Positions 55,001 to 64,000 of a stretch of DNA of 64,000 bases are shown in pieces; the stretch's first letter is position 1, and each line of letters starts with the position of its first letter. The DNA is taken from NCBI RefSeq assembly GCF_009914755.1, contig NC_060938.1; one strand, given 5' to 3'. The position numbers and the translations under genes are program-made. The notes beneath the pieces are model-generated. The model had not been told where the DNA came from and searched no databases. It saw nothing but the letters and a program-made list of their open reading frames with translations. The DNA comes from the human T2T-CHM13v2.0 reference genome, Homo sapiens.

Positions 55001-58000
55001 TTCCCGTTTCCAACGAAATCTTCAAATCTATCCAAATGTCCACTTGCAGATTCAACAAAAAGTGTTTTTCAGAACTGCTCTATCAAAAGAAAGATCCACC
55101 TCTGTTAGCTGAGTTCACACATCACAAACAAGTTTATGAGAATGCTTCTGTCTAGTTTTTATTTGAAGATATTTCCTTTCTCACCATAGAGCTGAAAGCT
55201 GTCCTAATGTTCACTTCCAGATACTACAGAAAGAGTGTTTCAAAACTGCTGTACGAAAGGGAATGTTCAACTCTGTGACTTGAATGCACACATCACAAAG
55301 AAGTTTCTGAGGATGCTGCTGGCTACTTTGTATACGTAATCCCGTTTCCAACGAAATCCTCCAAGCTATCCAAATATCCACTTGCAGATTCCACAGAAAG
55401 ACTGTTTCAAAACTGCTCTGTCAATAGAAAGGTTCAACTCTGTTAGCTGCGTGCATATATCCCAAAGAAGATTCTGAGATTGCTTCTGTCTAATTTTTAT
55501 GGGAAGATATTTCCCTTTTCACCGTAGGTGTCAAGGCGCTCCAAATGTCCACTTCCAGATACTACAAAAAGAGTGTTTCAAACCTACTCTGTGAAAGGGA
55601 ATATTCAACTCTGTGACTTGAATGCACATATCACAAAGAAGTTTCTGAGAATGCTTCTGTCGAGATTTTATATGAAGATATTCCCGTTTCCAACGAAATC
55701 CTGAAATGTATCCAAATATCCCCTCGCAGATTCTACAAAAAGAGTGTTTCAAAACTGCTCTGTGAAAAGAAAGGTTCAACTCTGTTAGTTGAGTACACAC
55801 ATCACAAACAAGTTTCACAGAATGCTTCTTTCTAGCTTGTAGGGGAAGATATTCCCTTTATCACCATGGGCCTCCAACCGTCCGAAACATCCACTTCCAT
55901 ATACTACAAAAAGAGCGTTTCAAACCTGCTCTATGAAAGGCAATGTTCAACTCTGTGACTTGAATGCAGACATCACAGAGCAGTTTCTGAGAATGCTTCT
56001 GTCTAGATTTTATAGGAAGATATTCCCGTTTCCAACGAAATCTTCACAGCTATCCAAATATCCACTTGCAGATTCTACAAAAAGAGTGTATCAAAACTGC
56101 TCTGTCAAAAGGAAGGTTCTTTTCTGTTAGGTGAGTGCATACGTCATAAAGGAGTTTCTGAGAATGTTTCTGTCTAGTGGTTATGGGAAGATATTTGCTT
56201 TTTCACCGTAGGCCTCAGAGCGCTCCAAATATCCACTTGCACATACTACAAAAAGAGTGCCTCAAAGCTGCTCTCTGAAACGGAATGTTCAACTCTATGA
56301 GTTGAATGCAAACATCGCAAAGACGTTTCTGAGAATGCTTCTGTCTAGATTTGATATGAAGATATTCCCGTTTCCAACGAAATCTTCAAATCTATCCAAA
56401 TGTCCACTTGCAGATTCAACAAAAAGTGTTTTTCAGAACTGCTCTATCAAAAGAAAGATCCACCTCTGTTAGCTGAGTTCAGACATCACAAACAAGTTTA
56501 TGAGAATGCTTCTGTCTAGTTTTTATTTGAAGATATTTCCTTTCTCACCATAGACCTGAAAGCTGTCCTAATGTTCACTTCCAGTTACTACAGAAAGAGT
56601 GTTTCAAAACTGCTGTACGAAAGGGAATGTTCAACTCTGTGACTTGAATGCACACATCACAAAGAAGTTTCTGAGGATGCTGCTGTCTACTTTTTATACT
56701 TAATCCCGTTTCCAACGAAATCCTCCAAGCTATCCAAATATCCACTTGCAGATTCCACAGAAAGACTGTTTCAAAACTGCTCTGTCAATAGAAAGGTTCA
56801 ACTCTGTTAGCTGCGTGCATATATCCCAAAGAAGATTCTGAGATTGCTTCTGTCTAGTTTTTATGGGAAGATATTTCCCTTTTCACCGTAGGCGTCAAGG
56901 CGCTCCAAATGTCCACTTCCAGATACTACAAAAAGAGTGTTTCAAACCTACTCTGTGAAAGGGAATATTCAACTCTGTGACTTGAATGCACATATCACAA
57001 GGAAGTTTCTGAGAATGCTTCTGTCGAGATTTTATATGAAGATATTCCCGTTTCCAACGAAATCCTGAAATGTATCCAAATATCCCCTCGCAGATTCTAC
57101 AAAAAGAGTGTTTCAAAACTGCTCTGTAAAAAGAAAGGTTCAACTCTGTTAGTTGAGTATACACATCACAAACAAGTTTCACAGAATGCTTCTTTCTAGC
57201 TTGTAGGGGAAGATATTCCCTTTATCACCATGGGCCTCCAACCGTCCGAAACATCCACTTCCATATACTACAAAAAGAGCGTTTCAAACCTGCTCTATGA
57301 AAGGCAATGTTCAACTCTGTGACTTGAATGCAGACATCACAGAGCAGTTTCTGAGAATGCTTCTGTCTAGATTTTATAGGAAGATATTCCCGTTTCCAAC
57401 GAAATCTTCACAGCTATCCAAATATCCACTTGCAGATTCTATAAAAAGAGTGTATCAAATCTGCTCTGTCAAAAGGAAGGTTCTTCTCTGTTAGGTGAGT
57501 GCATACGTCATAAAGGAGTTTCTGAGAATGTTTCTGTCTAGTGGTTATGGGAAGATATTTGCTTTTTCACCGTAGGCCTCAGAGCGCTCCAAATATCCAC
57601 TTGCACATACTACAAAAAGAGTGCTTCAAAGCTGTTCTCTGAAACGGAATGTTCAACTCTATGAGTTGAATGCAAACATCACAAAGACGTTTCTGAGAAT
57701 GCTTCTGTCTAGATTTGATATGAAGATATTCCCGTTTCCAACGAAATCTTCAAATCTATCCAAATGTCCACTTGCAGATTCAACAAAAAGTGTTTTTCAG
57801 AACTGCTCTATCAAAAGAAAGATCCACCTCTGTTAGCTGAGTTCACACATCACAAACAAGTTTATGAGAATGCTTCTGTCTAGTTTTTATTTGAAGATAT
57901 TTCCTTTCTCACCATAGAGCTGAAAGCTGTCCTAATGTTCACTTCCAGATACTACAGAAAGAGTGTTTCAAAACTGCTGTACGAAAGGGAATGTTCAACT

Positions 58001-61000
58001 CTGTGACTTGAATGCACACATCACAAAGAAGTTTCTGAGGATGCTGCTGTCTACTTTTTATACGTAATCCCGTTTCCAACGAAATCCTCCAAGCTATCCA
58101 AATATCCACTTGCAAATTCCACAGAAAGACTGTTTCAAAACTGCTCTGTCAATAGAAAGGTTCAACTCTGTTAGCTGCGTGCATATATCCCAAAGAAGAT
58201 TCTGAGATTGCTTCTGTCTAGTTTTTATGGGAAGATATTTCCCTTTTCACCGTAGGCGTCAAGGCGCTCCAAATGTCCACTTCCAGATACTACAAAAAGA
58301 GTGTTTCAAACCTACTCTGTGAAAGGGAATATTCAACTCTGTGACTTGAATGCACATATCACAAAGAAGTTTCTGAGAATGCTTCTGTCGAGATTTTATA
58401 TGAAGATATTCCCGTTTCCAACGAAATCCTGAAATGTATCCAAATATCCCCTCGCAGATTCTACAAAAAGAGTGTTTCAAAACTGCTCTGTAAAAAGAAA
58501 GGTTCAACTCTGTTAGTTGAGTACACACATCACAAACAAGTTTCACAGAATGCTTCTTTCTAGCTTGTAGGGGAAGATTCCCCTTTATCACCATGGTCCT
58601 CAAACCGTCCGAAAAGTCCACTTCCATATACTACAAAAAGAGCGTTTCAAACCTGCTCTATGAAAGGCAATGTTCAACTCTGTGACTTGAATGCAGACAT
58701 CACAGAGCAGTTTCTGAGAATGCTTCTGTCTAGATTTTATAGGAAGATATTCCCGTTTCCAACGAAATCTTCACAGCTATCCAAATATCCACTTGCAGAT
58801 TCTACAAAAAGAGTGTATCAAAACTGCTCTGTCAAAAGGAAGGTTCTTTTCTGTTAGGTGAGTGCATACGTCATAAAGGAGTTTCTGAGAATGTTTCTGT
58901 CTAGTGGTTATGGGAAGATATTTGCTTTTTCACCGTAGGCCTCAGAGCGCTCCAAATATCCACTTGCACATACTAAAAAAAGAGTGCCTCAAACTGCTCT
59001 CTGAAACGGAATGTTCAACTCTATGAGTTGAATGCAAACATCGCAAAGACGTTTCTGAGTATGCTTCTGTCTAGATTTGATATGAAGATATTCCCGTTTC
59101 CAACGAAATCTTCAAATCTATCCAAATGTCCACTTGCAGATTCAACAAAAAGTGTTTTTCAGAACTGCTCTATCAAAAGAAAGATCCACCTCTGTTAGCT
59201 GAGTTCACACATCACAAACAAGTTTATGAGAATGCTTCTGTCTAGTTTTTATTTGAAGATATTTCCTTTCTCACCATAGAGCTGAAAGCTGTCCTAATGT
59301 TCACTTCCAGATACTACAGAAAGAGTGTTTCAAAACTGCTGTACGAAAGGGAATGTTCAACTCTGTGACTTGAATGCACACATCACAAAGAAGTTTCTGA
59401 GGATGCTGCTGTCTACTTTTTATACGTAATCCCGTTTCCAACGAAATCCTCCAAGCTATCCAAATATCCACTTGCAGATTCCACAGAAAGACTGTTTCAA
59501 AACTGGTCTGTCAATAGAAAGGTTCAACTCTGTTAGCTGCGTGCATATATCCCAAAGAAGATTCTGAGATTGCTTCTGTCTAGTTTTTATGGGAAGATAT
59601 TTCCCTTTTCACCGTAGGCGTCAAGGCGCTCCAAATGTCCACTTCCAGATACTACAAAAAGAGTGTTTCAAACCTACTCTGTGAAAGGGAATATTCAACT
59701 CTGTGACTTGAATGCACATATCACAAGGAAGTTTCTGAGAATGCTTCTGTCGAGATTTTATATGAAGATATTCCCGTTTCCAACGAAATCCTGAAATGTA
59801 TCCAAATATCCCCTCGCAGATTCTACAAAAAGAGTGTTTCAAAACTGCTCTGTGAAAAGAAAGGTTCAACTCTGTTAGTTGAGTACACACATCACAAACA
59901 AGTTTCACAGAATGCTTCTTTCTAGCTTGTAGGGGAAGATATTCCCTTTATCACCATGGGCCTCCAACCGTCCGAAACATCCACTTCCATATACTACAAA
60001 AAGAGCGTTTCAAACCTGCTCTATGAAAGGCAATGTTCAACTCTGTGACTTGAATGCAGACATCACAGAGCAGTTTCTGAGAATGCTTCTGTCTAGATTT
60101 TATAGGAAGATATTCCCGTTTCCAACGAAATCTTCACAGCTATCCAAATATCCACTTGCAGATTCTACAAAAAGAGTGTATCAAAACTGCTCTGTCAAAA
60201 GGAAGGTTCTTTTCTGTTAGGTGAGTGCATACGTCATAAAGGAGTTTCTGAGAATGTTTCTGTCTAGTGGTTATGGGAAGATATTTGCTTTTTCACCGTA
60301 GGCCTCAGAGCGCTCCAAATATCCACTTGCACATACTACAAAAAGAGTGCCTCAAAGCTGCTCTCTGAAACGGAATGTTCAACTCTATGAGTTGAATGCA
60401 AACATCGCAAAGACGTTTCTGAGATGCTTCTGTCTAGATTTGATATGAAGATATTCCCGTTTCCAACGAAATCTTCAAATCTATCCAAATGTCCACTTGC
60501 AGATTCAACAAAAAGTGTTTTTCAGAACTGCTCTATCAAAAGAAAGATCCACCTCTGTTAGCTGAGTTCACACATCACAAACAAGTTTATGAGAATGCTT
60601 CTGTCTAGTTTTTATTTGAAGATATTTCCTTTCTCACCATAGACCTGAAAGCTGTCCTAATGTTCACTTCCAGTTACTACAGAAAGAGTGTTTCAAAACT
60701 GCTGTACGAAAGGGAATGTTCAACTCTGTGACTTGAATGCACACATCACAAAGAAGTTTCTGAGGATGCTGCTGTCTACTTTTTATACGTAATCCCGTTT
60801 CCAACGAAATCCTCCAAGCTATCCAAATATCCACTTGCAGATTCCACAGAAAGACTGTTTCAAAACTGCTCTGTCAATAGAAAGGTTCAACTCTGTTAGC
60901 TGCGTGCATATATCCCAAAGAAGATTCTGAGATTGCTTCTGTCTAGTTTTTATGGGAAGATATTTCCCTTTTCACCGTAGGCGTCAAGGCGCTCCAAATG

Positions 61001-64000
61001 TCCACTTCCAGATACTACAAAAAGAGTGTTTCAAACCTACTCTGTGAAAGGGAATATTCAACTCTGTGACTTGAATGCACATATCACAAGGAAGTTTCTG
61101 AGAATGCTTCTGTCGAGATTTTATATGAAGATATTCCCGTTTCCAACGAAATCCTGAAATCTATCCAAATATCCCCTCGCAGATTCTACAAAAAGAGTGT
61201 TTCAAAACTGCTCTGTAAAAAGAAAGGTTCAACTCTGTTAGTTGAGTACACACATCACAAACAAGTTTCACAGAATGCTTCTTTCTAGCTTGTAGGGGAA
61301 GATATTCCCTTTATCACCATGGGCCTCCAACCGTCGGAAACATCCACTTCCATATACTACAAAAAGAGCGTTTCAAACCTGCTCTATGAAAGGCAATGTT
61401 CAACTCTGTGACTTGAATGCAGACATCACAGAGCAGTTTCTGAGAATGCTTCTGTCTAGATTTTATAGGAAGATATTCCCGTTTCCAACGAAATCTTCAC
61501 AGCTATCCAAATATCCACTTGCAGATTCTACAAAAAGAGTGTATCAAATCTGCTCTGTCAAAAGGAAGGTTCTTCTCTGTTAGGTGAGTGCATACGTCAT
61601 AAAGGAGTTTCTGAGAATGTTTCTGTCTAGTGGTTATGGGAAGATATTTGCTTTTTCACCGTAGGCCTCAGAGCGCTCCAAATATCCACTTGCACATACT
61701 ACAAATAGAGTGCTTCAAAGCTGTTCTCTGAAACGGAATGTTCAACTCTATGAGTTGAATGCAAACATCACAAAGACGTTTCTGAGAATGCTTCTGTCTA
61801 GATTTGATATGAAGATATTCCCGTTTCCAACGAAATCTTCAAATCTATCCAAATGTCCACTTGCAGATTCAACAAAAAGTGTTTTTCAGAACTGCTCTAT
61901 CAAAAGAAAGATCCACCTCTGTTAGCTGAGTTCACACATCACAAACAAGTTTATGAGAATGCTTCTGTCTAGTTTTTATTTGAAGATATTTCCTTTCTCA
62001 CCATAGAGCTGAAAGCTGTCCTAATGTTCACTTCCAGATACTACAGAAAGAGTGTTTCAAAACTGCTGTACGAAAGGGAATGTTCAACTCTGTGACTTGA
62101 ATGCACACATCACAAAGAAGTTTCTGAGGATGCTGCTGGCTACTTTTTATACGTAATCCCGTTTCCAACGAAATCCTCCAAGCTATCCAAATATCCACTT
62201 GCAGATTCCACAGAAAGACTGTTTCAAAACTGCTCTGTCAATAGAAAGGTTCAACTCTGTTAGCTGCGTGCATATATCCCAAAGAAGATTCTGAGATTGC
62301 TTCTGTCTAGTTTTTATGGGAAGATATTTCCCTTTTCACCGTAGTTGTCAAGGCGCTCCAAATGTCCACTTCCAGATACTACAAAAAGAGTGTTTCAAAC
62401 CTACTCTGTGAAAGGGAATATTCAACTCTGTGACTTGAATGCACATATCACAAAGAAGTTTCTGAGAATGCTTCTGTCGAGATTTTATATGAAGATATTC
62501 CCGTTTCCAACGAAATCCTGAAATGTATCCAAATATCCCCTCGCAGATTCTACAAAAAGAGTGTTTCAAAACTGCTCTGTGAAAAGAAAGGTTCAACTCT
62601 GTTAGTTGAGTACACACATCACAAACAAGTTTCACACAATGCTTCTTTCTAGCTTGTAGGGGAAGATATTCCCTTTATCACCATGGGCCTCCAACCGTCC
62701 GAAACATCCACTTCCATATACTACAAAAAGAGCGTTTCAAACCTGCTGTATGAAAGGCAATGTTCAACTCTGTGACTTGAATGCAGACATCACAGAGCAG
62801 TTTCTGAGAATGCTTCTGTCTAGATTTTATAGGAAGATATTCCCGTTTCCAACGAAATCTTCACAGCTATCCAAATATCCACTTGCAGATTCTACAAAAA
62901 GAGTGTATCAAATCTGCTCTGTCAAAAGGAAGGTTCTTCTCTGTTAGGTGAGTGCATACGTCATAAAGGAGTTTCTGAGAATGTTTCTGTCTAGTGGTTA
63001 TGGGAAGATATTTGCTTTTTCCCCGTAGGCCTCAGAGCGCTCCAAATATCCACTTGCACATACTACAAAAAGAGTGCCTCAAAGCTGCTCTCTGAAACGG
63101 AAATTTCAACTCTATGAGTTGAATGCAAACATCACAAAGACGTTTCTGAGAATGCTTCTGTCTAGATTTGATATGAAGATATTCCCGTTTCCAACGAAAT
63201 CTTCAAATCTATCCAAATGTCCACTTGCAGATTCAACAAAAAGTGTTTTTCAGAACTGCTCTATCAAAAGAAAGATCCACCTCTGTTAGCTGAGTTCACA
63301 CATCACAAACAAGTTTATGAGAATGCTTCTGTCTAGTTTTTATTTGAAGATATTTCCTTTCTCACCATAGACCTGAAAGCTGTCCTAAAGTTCACTTCCA
63401 GTTACTACAGAAAGAGTGTTTCAAAACTGCTGTACGAAAGGGAATGTTCAACTCTGTGACTTGAATGCACACATCACAAAGAAGTTTCTGAGGATGCTGC
63501 TGTCTACTTTTTATACGTAATCCCGTTTCCAACGAAATCCTCCAAGCTATCCAAATATCCACTTGCAGATTCCACAGAAAGACTGTTTCAAAACTGCTCT
63601 GCTAATAGAAAGGTTCAACTCTGTTAGCTGCGTGCATATATCCCAAAGAAGATTCTGAGATTGCTTCTGTCTAGTTTTTATGGGAAGATATTTCCCTTTT
63701 CACCGTAGGCGTCAAGGCGCTCCAAATGTCCACTTCCAGATACTACAAAAAGAGTGTTTCAAACCTACTCTGTGAAAGGGAATATTCAACTCTGTGACGT
63801 GAATGCACATATCACAAAGAAGTTTCTGAGAATGCTTCTGTCGAGATTTTATATGAAGATATTCCCGTTTCCAACGAAATCCTGAAATCTATCCAAATAT
63901 CCCCTCGCAGATTCTACAAAAAGAGTGTTTCAAAACTGCTCTGTGAAAAGAAAGGTTCAACTCTGTTAGTTGAGTACACACATCACAAACAAGTTTCACA

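Larger units (their letters stand above)
1..64000 (-). repeat. Centromeric alpha-satellite array, 8-mer HOR (~1364 bp, ~47 copies), SF2 dimeric type; probably D14Z9/D22Z1 (S2C14/22H1L)
   Basis: The ~171-bp monomers carry alphoid hallmarks (ttcaactctgtgacttgaatgc, tttctgagaatgcttctgtctag, ccacttgcagattctacaaaaagagtgtttcaaaactgctct). The anchor recurs at 39, 1403, 2767, 4131 ... 62750 with a period of 1359-1364 bp. CENP-B boxes read on the minus strand. The alpha-satellite call is secure; the chromosome 14/22 assignment is from recall and less certain (about 0.75). Confidence 0.98.

Noticed and set aside
39-63289. Dozens of repeated 65-122 aa ORFs on both strands (MKGNVQLCD..., MLQSCSLKR..., MKLVCDVCT...)
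   Set aside because: They are chance translations of alpha-satellite monomers. They recur with the HOR period, appear and vanish with single SNVs or indels, and show no recognisable domain. They are useful only as haplotype markers.
130-63879. Regularly spaced identical 17-25 bp motif resembling a CRISPR repeat array
   Set aside because: The motif is the CENP-B box. The intervening ~320 bp is itself repeated satellite rather than unique spacers, and there are no cas genes.
1-64000. Possible L1/Alu insertion, inversion or monomer-deletion HOR variant
   Set aside because: All 46 anchor spacings are 1359-1364 bp in one orientation, leaving no room for an insertion or a 171-bp multiple gain or loss.
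1-64000. Alternative identity as another SF2 array with 8-mer units (e.g. D18Z1 or D20Z2)
   Set aside because: The uniform 8-mer and the monomer sequences as I recall them fit the chr14/22 array better. This is not formally excluded without an HMM or alignment search.

Overview
The whole 64-kb window is one uninterrupted, head-to-tail array of primate centromeric alpha-satellite DNA, almost certainly human. It holds about 47 copies of an 8-monomer higher-order repeat (HOR) of 1364 bp, with copies ranging from 1359 to 1364 bp. A CENP-B box sits in every second monomer, and pJalpha-type boxes sit in the alternate monomers. The dimeric layout, 8-mer length and my recollection of the monomer sequences fit the suprachromosomal family 2 live array shared by chromosomes 14 and 22 (D14Z9/D22Z1, S2C14/22H1L), but I cannot tell those two chromosomes apart. 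I found no genes, RNA genes, transposon insertions, inversions or monomer-loss HOR variants. All listed ORFs are artefacts of the repeat, and I see no evidence of a new gene-based system. The notable structure lies above the HOR level, in shared variants: a near-perfect 2-HOR (2728-bp) super-repeat, a recent 3-HOR (4085-bp) tandem duplication, an older ~17.7-kb tandem duplication with later gain and loss of units, a recurring three-haplotype order, and one much more divergent HOR with two broken CENP-B boxes. HOR copies are numbered 1-47 from the 'atgaaaggcaatg' anchor at 39, 1403, 2767 ... 62750. Variants were read by eye, so the lists may be incomplete.
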